From Zancudomyces culisetae HAW-14-8 (taxonomy: Eukaryota > Fungi > Kickxellomycota), in NCBI GenBank assembly GCA_052426225.1, contig JBNJNM010000013.1:1922001-1986000 (forward strand): DNA of 64,000 nt, given 5' to 3'. The notes beneath the pieces are model-generated. The model saw only the letters and a program-made list of their open reading frames with translations. It ran no database searches and was not told where the DNA came from. Made by a program: the position numbers and the translations under genes. Positions 33,701-44,764 of the stretch are shown here, piece after piece; within the stretch, counting starts at the first letter, position 1, and each line of letters starts with the position of its first letter.

Positions 33701-34408
33701 ATCTCTCTTTGCCTTACCATTGCTTTGGTTGGATTTGTTGGATTCGGCGTTGTCTTTACACAATTTGTTGTCACAAAGCTTACCGCCTAGTGTACAGATG
33801 CAGACAGAGCAGTTCTTGCGTATATAGAAGTTTCCGCTTCCAAATTCATTAACACATGCAACATGGTTCTGGATGTTTTTTGCGCTTAGCTTGGGTATGT
33901 TGCTACCTTCTGCGGTTCTGGAGGCTTTCTTGTTTGGCAAAACAAGTTTAAGAAGCTCACTGGCGTTAGTTACTTCTTCGGCGTAGCACTTGGCTCCATT
34001 TAGGGTACAGATACAGCTTGATGAGTTATCTGCACCAACAAAGACGTCGTATCCGTTTTTGGCAACACAGCTGTTATAGACTTCCCATTTCTTTGAAACC
34101 TTGAAGCTGAGTGGTGATTTATTATCAATGCTAGACATGGTGCATTGGCTAAATCTGTCGCATACAATTCCATCCTCTTTACATTGGCACTTGGAACAGC
34201 CCCTATCCAAGTAGAATGCATCATTTCCGTAGATGTTAGCACACTCAGTCATAAGATCGAGTGCTGCTTTGGCGTCTTTTTGTGGGTGGCTAGCAGCTCT
34301 CTTTGCCATAGCATTGTCAACCACGACTTCCTTAATTTTTGGTATTTCTGCTGAATACACTGCAGCTAGCAAATGTATATTTGCAACTAATGACTTGAAT
34401 ATCCTCAT
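30746..34408 (-). CDS. Secreted protein: signal peptide, three Cys-rich modules and a ~900 aa Thr-rich repeat region (adhesin/mucin-like)
   Basis: MRIFKSLVANIHLLAAVYSA signal-like N-terminus; KR dibasic sites; C-x14-CxxCxC-x3-G-x2-C modules; TVTN, TQTQTKT and TTTSFGTQ repeats in a 1220 aa open frame. Confidence 0.9.
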   Translation of the reverse strand: MRIFKSLVANIHLLAAVYSAEIPKIKEVVVDNAMAKRAASHPQKDAKAALDLMTECANIYGNDAFYLDRGCSKCQCKEDGIVCDRFSQCTMSSIDNKSPLSFKVSKKWEVYNSCVAKNGYDVFVGADNSSSCICTLNGAKCYAEEVTNASELLKLVLPNKKASRTAEGSNIPKLSAKNIQNHVACVNEFGSGNFYIRKNCSVCICTLGGKLCDNKLCKDNAESNKSNQSNGKAKRDNSYTSQQPAYNGSGNSGYSTSGYGNHGSGVYGTTNSGEKTVTVTNTVTSTSTSISTSISTYTSVSTEISIQTSISTSVVDNTVTSTYTSVSTEVSIQTSISTSVVDNTVTQTVTDIETSVSVSVSVSVSVSISVSISEAISTYTATVTDTVTSFNNNTITKTVVDTETSISTTTATVTDTVTSFNNNTITETVVNTETSTLVSISTSTVTDSEIATVTSTFTSYINNTITSTSVSVSVSTSTLTNIITSYSNTTIVSTVISTEIETATATATVTNTQTQTETEIKTYTATVTDTITSFGTQTVTNTVTNTITDVTTSFGTQTVTNTVTNTTTSFGTQTVTNTVTNTTTSFGTQTVTNTVTNTVTNTTTSFGTQTVTNTVTNTTTSFGTKTVTNTVTNTTTSFGTQTVTNTVTNTVTNTTTSFGTKTVTNTVTNTQTQTKTETKTYTATVTNTTTSFGTQTVTNTVTNTVTNTQTQTKTDTKTEVKTQTQTVTSNFTNTVTNTVTNTVTNTQTQTKTETKTQTQTKTDIKTEVKTQTQTVTSNFTNTVTNTQTQTKTEIKTQTQTKTDTKTEIKTQTQTVTSNFTNTVTNTVTNTVTNTQTQTKTDTKTEIKTQTQTVTSNFTNTVTNTVTNTVTNTQTQTKTETKTEVKTYTQTQTQTKTDTKTEVKTQTQTVTSNFTNTVTNTVTNTVTNTQTQTKTDTKTEVKTQTQTVTSNFTNTVTNTVTNTTTSFGTQTVTNTVTNTTTSFGTQTVTNTVTNTQTQTQTETKTYTATVTDTTTSFGTQTITNTVTNTQTYTATVTNFDTITTSTTVIDSKTFTITFTDTQTYTATVTNTATVTDTATVTNSQTYTVTNTATATVTDTATVTNSQTYTVTNTATITNTDTQTQTQTQTQTVTDTNTSFSTVTDTTTYTSIDTVTNTATVTNTATLSITDTKTYTSTTTVTSNGTITITTTVSSGGGGGIYSTRTPTNPYYMSSPPKYNVQ
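30830..33580 (-). repeat. Nested coding repeats (12-bp TVTN unit inside larger TTTSFGTQ and TQTQTKTDTKTEVKTQTQTVTSNF units)
   Basis: Direct reading. Confidence 0.9.
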
Positions 34409-37400
34409 TATCTTTTTTTTGCTTTTTTACACTTTTATTGCTACACTACAATTTTTTATGTACGTAATGCTTTTGTTTGAAACTGTGAAGATATAGTTTT
34501 GTATTGAATAGATATGATGGTGGATCTTTGGGTATTTATACTTATCTTGAATCTAGTTAGATAGCAAAATTTATTATCAGTTATAATTAATATATGCAGT
34601 TTATCTTGGTATGGCGTGTACTTTGAGAGAAGATACACTCTACTTGGTAAATTCTTATTAGAAATATCTTTCACAGCCTTATACTTAATTATGAATATAA
34701 TTCCCTTGGCTAATTGAAAAAAAAGAAAAAAAGGAAAAAAATAGTTGTGGAAAAAGCAATAGTAAAAGTAATGGTAAATGGACCTAACAACCAAAAGGGA
34801 ATAGGAAAATCAAAGCAACGAATACCTACATACTATCATGGTACTGTCGAAAATGGTTTAAAAGTACAACTTTAAACTGTAAATATTGAAATATATAGAC
34901 ACTGTGAGCTGTGATACCGAAATTCATGTCTAAAGCCTGACCAGTATTTTTTTTATAATTCAAAATATTGATAATGGTTTGGTAGATATTTTCACTAAAG
35001 AATTTAAAAGCTACTGGATTGATATGTAGACAGGGGATCTAGTTGGGTGGGTTTGCAGAGGCAGAAAAAAAATTTACAAAAGGAAAACTAATTAAAGGGA
35101 TTTGGCTTGGATGTTGTATTCTTTGGATGCTCACATACGAAAAGAATGTATTGTTATTTTCTCATTCAAACGTAGAGCTATATCTTATATCTGATTTCGA
35201 AACCATTTGAGAAAAATAACGATTTTCATTTAGTAAGGTTTTCGTTATTTCACATAGAAAAATATTGAAATACCAAAAAAAAGCAGTAAGAGCCAAAATA
35301 TGTATTTGTATTATTTAAACCGATGCAATAGTTTTTCAAATAGCTTGAATATAATATAGTCAGTTCACACAAAATTTATATTGTGTAAATATGATTTGAA
35401 ATTCACAAATTTAATAAAGTAACTAGAGAAAATAAAAACAATAAAATGGAAAGAAAGCGAAATATTTTACTGAAGGTAACCTATAGCAATATGGTATGTA
35501 TTTATACTTACCTTTAACTTTTTAAATTTTCCCGATCTGAAAAGTTTGAAGAGAAAATAACAGAATAGATTCATACTAAACTTATAAAGGAAAATTTTCA
35601 TTTACCGGGGAGAAGACTTTCAAAGATAGAGAGGAATTAAACAAAACATTAATGGGCTGAAGTTTTATATAGATCAAACAACTATTATGCGAATAATACA
35701 GTCAGGAAAAAAAATGAACATATATAGACCAGCTGACATCCTATATCAACTAATAGAACCTTCCATTCAAAACTTTGTGCAAATCCTTTGGAGTATAATA
35801 ACAGATTGAGCTATGACAACACGAATTTTTTTGATTTGATTTAATACTTCCCAAATTATTTTAGATACAAAATGAACATGTGATTTTAATGATGAAGACA
35901 ATAATATTAATGTAGATTTGATGGTAAGTATTAATGGAGATGAAAGTGAAGATAAAAACAAAAATAACATTGAAAATGGTGTCATAAAATTTAATCACTA
36001 TATACATAGAATTTAAAAAGAAAGAAGGGAGGGGGGAGGGAAGATAAAGGGAGAAGAGAGGAGAGAGACACGAGAAAAGTCGAAAGATGACATAAGGAAA
36101 AGTTTGATAAAAGTAAGCACAACATCAGAAGTTTAATATCTGTGCTAAATATTAAAGCGCTGCGTCTCATTTCATAATAAAGACAAAGCTTACCATTCCT
36201 AGTATCAGCGCTAAATCATCGAACTACAGCAGATAATAATAAAAGTAATGTAATGTAACGCAGATGATTCTAACCAGCTTATGCGGTACTGTTTCCTTAG
36301 TTTCTCTGTTAGAAAATTTTTAAAAAAAGTTGATACAACATGATATGCTATTATGCTTTGAACCGTACCTAAAATAAAAATAGCTCCCATAACTGTGAAA
36401 AGGCGCGATTTAGCTGAGAGAAAAAAATATAGTTTCAGTAATAAACGATAATAAAAAAAGTCGTACCTAATACCCAAATACTAATAATGAGAGAAAAAAG
36501 GCAGATCCATCTTTTCGATGAAGAAAATACGGTGCAAAGTGTTCCGCCAATGCTTTGTGGGAAAAGGAAAAGTAAGCGTATGGTAGTCAAGTTGTAAGTA
36601 AATAAAAGATCTACAGTAAAGATCATGACAATTTTTTAAAGAATAAGTTAATAGATGGTGCACTCATTGGTCAATAAACCCAGCTGGTATATGTTTGCAA
36701 TTAATAACCCCAGTTTATTTAACTGCTACGAAGTGAACCATAAGTCTTTAAATTGCTAAATATATCAATATTTATTGATGATTGTAGTAATTACAATATT
36801 AATCAATAAATTAAATCATTATATCTACAACCTCAAGGTAGCGATATAATGTAAATACCAACTGTACTTGTATTAAAGTTTCTGAGATAAAATCAACCTA
36901 GCGAAATGACAAAAAAATTAAATCTAAATGTTGCTCGAGCAGACATCTTTCTTGATCTATAATAGATTCTAACAAATTATATAGCTATCATAATTTAACA
37001 AACAATACAAGTAAAAAAATTAGTAGTCCTATTCAACAATACAAGCAGTAAACCAAACAATTAATGTATTAAAACCAAAAAAAATACTAACAGGGTATAA
37101 ATATATTAAAGCTTTTTTTAAAATGTTGCACCAAAGATAGACAAACAGGCGTCTCACTTAGATGATAGCAAGTGAAATGTGATGATTTACTTTGTACTTT
37201 TCACCTATGAGGGTCTACACTATGTTTAAATCATCATTTTCCTTACATTAATTAATTTTGGATATCTTTATAATATAATATAGCACTTCAATATGTTAGT
37301 ATAAGAAGAAAATGATTATAAACATTTCATTTTCCAATCTTGATTTTAGCACCTTTATTTAATAACAATTTAAAAGCAATAAATAAAAACGTTGTTATAT

Positions 37401-37521
37401 AAAATGGACTAGGGTCCTACCGCTTACTGGTAGTTAGACATTACAACATTAAAAAATACAAGTATAAACAGTAAATTAAGATAAACCGATATATTAAAAT
37501 AAACTTTTGACAAAAAAAGTT

Positions 37522-37594
37522 GCCTTCTTGGCTCAGTTGGCAGAGCGTCTGCCTAGTAAGCAGAAGGTCGCCGGTTCGATTCCGGCAGAAGGCA
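37522..37594 (+). tRNA. tRNA-Thr(AGT)
   Basis: Complete cloverleaf: acceptor GCCTTCT/AGAAGGC, D arm GCTC/GAGC, anticodon arm TCTGC-CTAGTAA-GCAGA, T arm GCCGG-TTCGATT-CCGGC. Confidence 0.97.
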
Positions 37595-37600
37595 CTGTTT

Positions 37601-37672
37601 GCCTGATTAGCTCAGTGGTAGAGCGTTGGTCTTGTAAACCAAAGGTCGGGTGTTCGATCCACCCATTAGGCA
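37601..37672 (+). tRNA. tRNA-Thr(TGT)
   Basis: Cloverleaf: acceptor GCCTGAT/ATTAGGC, anticodon arm TTGGT-CTTGTAA-ACCAA, T arm GGGTG-TTCGATC-CACCC. Confidence 0.97.
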
Positions 37673-37676
37673 TTAC

Positions 37677-37682
37677 TTTTTT
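37677..37682 (+). terminator. Pol III terminator (T6) after the tRNA pair
   Basis: TTTTTT 4 nt after the second tRNA; no run of 4 or more T between the two tRNAs. Confidence 0.8.
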
Positions 37683-39233
37683 CATGTCTATTAGATTGTT
37701 ATTTTATATTTACGCGTTTTTTTGCATGCTATTATTTCATCAGTTGTTTTATTTCATCAAGTATACACTGAAAACTAACAGCAAACAGTATCTATTGCTC
37801 ATATAAGTTACTGAAGGGGTGGTTTATGTTCTAATATTTGTTATTTTAGTCATAAAAGTTAACATGATAAATGGAGTGTGGCTCATTCGCCCAATTGCTC
37901 CCTTTCATCAAACCGTTTCTCGTTGGCTGCAGATATCCGTTCTATTTGATATTTGAAATGTGTTAATAAACTTGGGAAAGGTTCAAGCTCGAGTTACTTA
38001 TTAAAATTCAAATTTCATCTAGATTATTATTCACATACCAGCTTCCATATGCCTCTTTTTTATATTCTTTTTTCTCTGTTCAATTTGTTTTCTGCTATTG
38101 TCCAAAAAATGTCGACCAACAACAAAAGTACCGAATGAAGCTATTCGAGATAATTTACATTTGATTAAAAATCTTTTAAATTTTTAGAATTTTCAATCTT
38201 AAAAAAGTTTTATAGTAGCCTTACCACAACTAATCAGAAACCTATTTGTTACCAGTGTATAACAACATATTAGTATTTTAAAGCTTATCGTTATACTTTG
38301 TTTCAACCAACATCGCAAATAAGAAAGGTCTAAAGGTGTGAACCAGATTCAACCTATAAACAATGATAAAAGAGCTTACCAGGATGTGAATATAAATCGA
38401 GGAGTATCTGTATTTCTAAAGTATCTAGAGAACATCGCCATTTTGTATATATACTCTTTAAATCGTTTTTGAATTTATCTAACAAGTTGTTTTATTAAAG
38501 TGTTTGTATAAAAAGTCGGAAAAATATATACAGAAAAAACTGAATTAACAATCACAAGCACAAAAAAAATATAAAAATAACCAGATATCAATTCAGATAA
38601 ATTTGACACCAAATCAACCAAGTATTGCAAAAAAAAAAATAGGGTGGTTTTAATGCGAGGTTATGGTATGTTGAAATCTTTTGCCTATGATTGTTCAAGT
38701 AAGATAGTATGGGGTTTGCAATCGGATACCAAATAACACGTTTATCACGAAACCACTAGTAGTATGCTATTGCTAACACCTTTTTCTTTGCTTTTATTCA
38801 ACAACAATATAGTAGCTATTGAAACAAGAAAGTACTGCCCAGAACTTTGATGATAAATCCAGCTTAACCCGCATGAGTTTTATTTTTTCGCGTAGGTTCT
38901 TTTTAAGTATACATTGAATGTAGCTTGGATACCCCTACCAAAATAAGTGTAGATTCATATTTGAAGAAGCAAAGCTATGTGTTATTATTTCTTTTAGAGA
39001 TGCTTTGGGCTAGTAGTTAACAGTCATTTCAAAAGTCACAATAATTTGGTAAAGGTTGTGGATTTAGCACCAAAAAAAAAAATGAAAAAGAAAAACAAAT
39101 AACAAGTAATTAATAACTGAGATTACAAAAAATTACATCTTATTTTAACGGATTTTACCTATCCGACTAGAAAGATTTAAAAGTATAACATACCAATTCT
39201 ATTAGGATCAGTAAGGATTAATGTCAGCATAAT

Positions 39234-39963
39234 ATGGATCCCATCGTTATAAAGTTTAAATTTATTGGGCCAGAATACTACAGGTATCATTGGAAGGACA
39301 AAAGTACAATCAAATACGGCGATTTGATAGATGGGGTTAGTTATTCACATTATTTTAGTATACGCCGTTCAGTTTTTTAAACAAAGAAACATATGGTACA
39401 AATCGAAAATTGAATATGTTTATCTTGATATCGCTATCCACACTCACGCATATACACATTCAAAATAAGTAAGCATCCATAAATGAAAATAACCTAGGAC
39501 AATCCTAAATTTGAAAAATACGATTCACATATAGCTACGAATTCTGTTTGGGATAGCACGAGAAGAGCTTACTTTGGTATATAAAGACAAAGAGAATGAG
39601 AGAACAGTAATAACAGACCAGTTCGATTTGGATATTATGCTTAACTCTGTTGGAAGCCATCAGAGCATAAAAGTAAGAGTTTTGGAAGGAACTATAGGAG
39701 ATCTCCGTGAAGACATGTTTAATGGGGATACGATCGACGAAAATAAGGGCACTGTCAAGCTTACACCCCTGGCACCTATCATACACAACAGCCACCCGCA
39801 AGTGCTCGATTCATCGTCCTCATTCCGATTTCCCCTGCCAGGTCTTATTCGGGATGGAGAAGAGAACAGCTCGACCACATCTTTGTTAGAAAAAGATCAA
39901 CAAAAGACGGAACCTGATTCTCAATCTGGTCCTTCTAATCCACCAATGTCAGTAAAAAAGTAG
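39234..39963 (+). CDS. Small PB1-domain protein; exons 39234-39335 and 39535-39963
   Basis: Spliced product MDPIVIKFKF...IKYGDLIDG|LRILFG..ELTLVYKDKENERTVITDQFDLDIML...IKVRV fits the PB1 pattern; phase-0 intron GTTAGT...TAG. Confidence 0.75.
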
Positions 39964-40683
39964 AATCAAATATTGGTATAAACACTCTACAGGATAGCAC
40001 GATAAGCTCTTGGTTGAGCACATAGTGCATTGTGTCTGTCTTTTTCTATTTTGCAGCCTTTTAAAATAACTTTCTTGGGATATTTTTTCAAAACTTGTAT
40101 TAATTTGTAATTCTATGTTGAGGCATAAGGCAGACGGGCCTGAAGATTACAGCACTTGTAGCTAAAACGTAATAGCCCGGACCCCAACGAAATACATACA
40201 TGATTTTTCTTTTGTTTTTTTCTTTCTGCGATTGCAACACCCACTCTCATAAACTTTGAGCGCAGCTACAAGGATATGTATTAGCCCGCACTTTGCCATC
40301 ACAAAACTAAATCATTCAAGACGAAAAGTTTTGCATAGTTAATCGATGTTTACTTGCCGCTAATACCAAACCTCAGTACATTCGTGTAAATCATGGGAGT
40401 AGGTAATAAGGGGGGGGGGATAGTGAACTTTTGTGTGGAAAATGGCAAGAATGGGAAAAATAGAGTGCAATACTGTGCGCCTCAAGAGATCATACGAGTA
40501 GCTTTGTCTGGTTGGTATCATGTTATGATTCCTTTTTATATAGAACTTTTCAGTTCATTAGACTAGAACCGACGTGAAAATATCAGGGATATGCCCTGAT
40601 TTTCGACAATCAATATCTTTACGATGTTTTTTATTTTATTTTATCTTGGAGGGCTGGGTTCCTAATTTGAATGCAAATACACG

Positions 40684-40720
40684 GAAAATTCACAAATATA
40701 TTCACAAATATATTCACAAA
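40684..40720 (+). repeat. 12-bp tandem repeat (ATTCACAAATAT), about 3 copies
   Basis: Direct reading. Confidence 0.7.
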
Positions 40721-41931
40721 CAAATTGAACATTCCAGCAATTCACTGCTATATTTTACCAGTCAGATTTGCAAGAGCAATTACAATTTTTTATTTGAAAA
40801 GTCTAATTTTTCTTTGTGTTCAGATTGTGCATTTTTCACACCATTAAAACTAATATCTCCATACGTTTACCAAAGTTTTGTAATTCTTTACTAAAACAAA
40901 AGAGCACAAAGAGGAAAATACAAATCTGTGCTTTCAAAGAAAATGAAAAAAATTCGAAAATCGAATAACTGCTGAAAGAGCTGCGAAAAAAAAACAAGAG
41001 AAAAAAAAATACAACTCATTCGCTTTGTTCGCATTTACTTGGAAGTCACATTCTTGTCAGTATTGCACGATATTGGTGGTAATATAGGCTTTTTTTGTTT
41101 TTATTCTTTAATTTATAAATCCTCTGATACCAAGTATCATACAGAATATAAGGTCGACTACACTTGTTGTTTTAGCGATGAGTTTATAATATATCATATT
41201 TTACTTGCTATAAACTGCTTTTACATTTATATGGTTTGTTTAAAAGCTACAGGAGTCACTATAGAATGAATATCTTTATTAAATTTCCCCATATTATCAG
41301 TGAGATTTCTTTTATCTTTTTTAAAAATTCTTTGCCAAAAAATTATACATCAATTATTAGCAGCTAATAGAAATAAAAATCACAATAAAAGGGTTTTATG
41401 GTCTATTTTGATGAGTTTCGTGTGGTTGGTTCAGTTCGTGATTTGTGAAATCAACAAGGTTATCTAATTATTATGGATATTATTATTTTACAGCCATTAT
41501 AGAGAGAAAAAAGTCGCAAAGGTTAGGGGCTGGGAATAAATTTTATGAACTCAATAAACCAAATGAGTAAAGAAATGACAAAAGGATGAAAAGGCAATTA
41601 CAAAAAAAAAAGCACTATATTTAGAATTGGACATAGTAAAAAAAAGTAAAACTCAAGCTCAGATTTATGTTTTGGGGGAATTAACACAACAAACTCAAAT
41701 TTAAAACAAAGCGAAAAGAAACGAAAAGGCAATCACAACTGGCAATCTAAATAGTAGGTATAGATTAAGGTATTCTTATTGTTACAGCCTGGAATGATCA
41801 TTTGGGAAAGGAACGATCGATAGTGAAAAGATAATATTTGGAAATATAATGCATTTCCAACAAGTTTAAAAAAGTACAACTTTTAGTTTAAAAAATTAAA
41901 GATAATTTAAAGATAAGAGGAGAAACATTAG

Positions 41932-44164
41932 ATGGCGATACTTAAGGCTAAGTATAATTCGAATTTTTTGGTGTTATTTAAGGTGGACGTTGGTGTAACA
42001 AAATGGGAAGGGCTGGAGGAACAGGTAAACAAAATTTCACTAAAGCATTTGGATCAAATAAAAAGAAAATAGTAGAGTTAGGGAATGAAAGGTGCAGGAG
42101 AAGAGAAAAAGGTAAATTTATGAGTAATGAATATAGATTCGGCAAAAATTCAAGTTGGGGGCTGAGGATTCGGTATACCTGACATATAAGGATGATGAAG
42201 GAGATCAAATCGGGGTGTTTAGTACGCACCAGTTGGATGAAATGTACTCGGTGTTGGGGAGTACAGGGATAATTAAGGTTTCGGTGCATAAGCGAGCAGG
42301 AATGGGCTTTGGAGTTGCACTAGACGCTGTTCCAGGGTTTTTTAAATCCGATATATGCGAAGGAGCAGAAAAGGAGAAGCAGGCGATAGAAGACAAGAAA
42401 AAAAAGGAAGAAGAAGAGATAAGGGCTAAAAAGGAGGAAGCAGAAATGAAGAAGAAGAAAGAGGAGGAGGAGAAGAAAAAGAAAGAAGAGGAGATCAAAA
42501 ACAAGGAGGAAGAAAAAAAGAAGAAGGAAGAAAAGCTGCTTGAGGACAAAATAAATATAATAATTGAGGATAAAACGAAATCGAAAGAGTCAGCATTGAC
42601 AAAGGATAAGGAGCGAGTTAAGACAGAAATATTAAATAAAATCGAAGACACTGAGCAGGGGCTGAAAAAGACAGAGAAGGCAATCATAACGAGAATAAGC
42701 GGCCTTGTGGACAGCCTGGACAATTGCCAAAAGGAACTGACACAACATATATGTAATAAATTCAGCGAGCTGGGCAAGCGGGTTGGCATGTTAGATAACA
42801 AGCAAGACAAGTATATGGATGATGTCAATGCCAGGCTTCAAAATTTGAATGAGAGCATACAGTCAGAGTTGAATGTTATAAAAAAAAAGGCAAAGAAGCT
42901 TGGGGATAAGGCTAGTGGTAGTGGTATTGGTAGTAGTAGTGGTAGTGGTACGGGTACAAGCGGGGTAGCTAGTGGGTGTGTCACAAAGACAAACACATCT
43001 GATGTTGGAGAAAAAAAGGAATCACTGGTCCTCAAGGTAGAGGAGAAAAGCAAGAATAAAACAGATGTGGAGAAGAAAGTTGAGGTAGAGAAGAAAACTG
43101 AGGTAGAGAAGAAAACTGAGACCAAAACAACAGAACTGGCAGCTAAAAAGGAGGAAAAAAAAGATGAAAAGGTAAAAGATACATCTGCTGGACAGGATGG
43201 AAAGAATGAGGGACAAGCAAAAATCGCAGATGCGAAATGTACTGAACACAAGGAAAAAGCAAATGTCGATGTGCAGGAGGAAAGGAGTAGAACGGAAATC
43301 AAAGAAACAATAAAAACAGTTGAAGTGATAAAGTACATTGAAAAGCCGATTTATGTGGAGAGGGAGATATTGAAACCCATAGAGGTGGTTAGAGTTGTTG
43401 AAAAACCAATATATATAGAGACAATAAAGTATGTTGAAGGGCCCACTGTAGTGACAAACAAATCAGGACAGCCTACGCCTACACCTACTCCTGTACCCGC
43501 AGCCAAAACCACACCTGCAACTAAAGCTGTTTCTGAAGCTGCACCCATGCCAAAACCAATGCCAAAACCAAAACCAGAAACTCCAGCCCCAAGTACTGTG
43601 GAGAGTGTCAAAGTTGTAGAAAAAGAGAAAATAAATCAAGTCAAAATAGAAGAACATGGCATAAAAGTCGATGAAAAGGAGACTAAAAAAATCTTGACGA
43701 CACAAGATAGCATTTCTGTAAACAAAAAGACAGAAACAGCAGTAGAAAAAGATGTTAAGAATAGTTGTAGTGATAGTAAAGTCAATTTTAACAAGAAAAG
43801 TGTTGAAAAAATAACAGTTGAGGAGAAAATTAGACCCAAGAACGAAAAAGTGGAGATTGAAATAAAGCAAGCTAAACCTGTATCTTCACCAGCAGCGCCT
43901 CTCTCCCAACCGAAATCCCATATCTTCAACGAATTCCATGCAAAATCAAAAACAAACCCAGGGCTTGTTTCTACAAAGGACCAAGTCTTTGAGAGTTACA
44001 AAAAAGACGAGTTTTTCAAGCCCTTTTTTGAGTATACAAACAAGGAGTATACATGGGTTCTTGGTGATAACTACTCCACAAGTATAGTGGATAGTAGCGG
44101 GATGGGCCTTGCCAATTCACATTATCTTTCATTGGCAAGAAAATTTAGTGCCTTCAGTGATTAG
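41932..44164 (+). CDS. PB1-domain, coiled-coil, Lys/Glu-rich protein; exons 41932-42024 and 42137-44164
   Basis: MAILKAKY...KWEGLEEQ|IRQKFKL...YLTYKDDEGDQIGVFSTHQLDEM (OPCA acidic motif); phase-0 intron 42025-42136 (GTAAAC...TAG). Confidence 0.85.
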
Positions 44165-44706
44165 ATGGTATTTTTATGTTTATTTTTATTCTGATTCTAT
44201 AGTATTTCTATATTTAAATAATAAACTTATGTATGGATCCTGATACTGGGTTACTAACTCTAAAGGCCATTGTAATCGATGTGTGGGTTTGTATTTTTCA
44301 TCTACAATCTGTGGGGTTTATTTCTGTAATGGGGTCAAGTTTACTAGTTTTTGGATGGTATTTCTAGCGAAGACGGGAGAGGTAGGGAGGAGAAATGGTT
44401 TTGAAACTTTACAGAATGTCAACGTGACTTGTCATGTTTTTTCTTGCTGACCTTATCAAGGGTAAAGATTTGTTATATTTGCTCACGAGGACAGATTTTA
44501 CGAATTAGGAAATATTGTTGATTGTAAGGGAGAGCTTTTGTCGTAATTAAATGGTGCTTTTTTAAAAGATTTACAAAGCAAGCAAATGAAAAGTGCGTGA
44601 TAAGCACAACTTGCTTAATTGAAAAATAATCAACGAAATTATTCCAAATATTATAAAAAAAAGTAATCCACTTTTGGATAAAATAGTAAAAAGAAAGGCA
44701 AGATAG

Positions 44707-44764
44707 CAAAAAGCAAAAAGCAAAAAACAAAAAACAAAAAACAAAAAACAAAAAAAAACAAAAG
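44707..44764 (+). repeat. (G/A)CAAAAA-type simple repeat
   Basis: Direct reading. Confidence 0.7.

Noticed and set aside
34450-37450. Short ORFs in the long AT-rich spacer here (and similarly in 44200-48300)
   Set aside because: Low-complexity Phe/Leu/Lys-rich translations with no motifs or splice support; treated as regulatory or intergenic DNA.
37507-37806. 99 aa ORF over the tRNA pair
   Set aside because: Overlaps two complete tRNA genes and starts at TTG; spurious.
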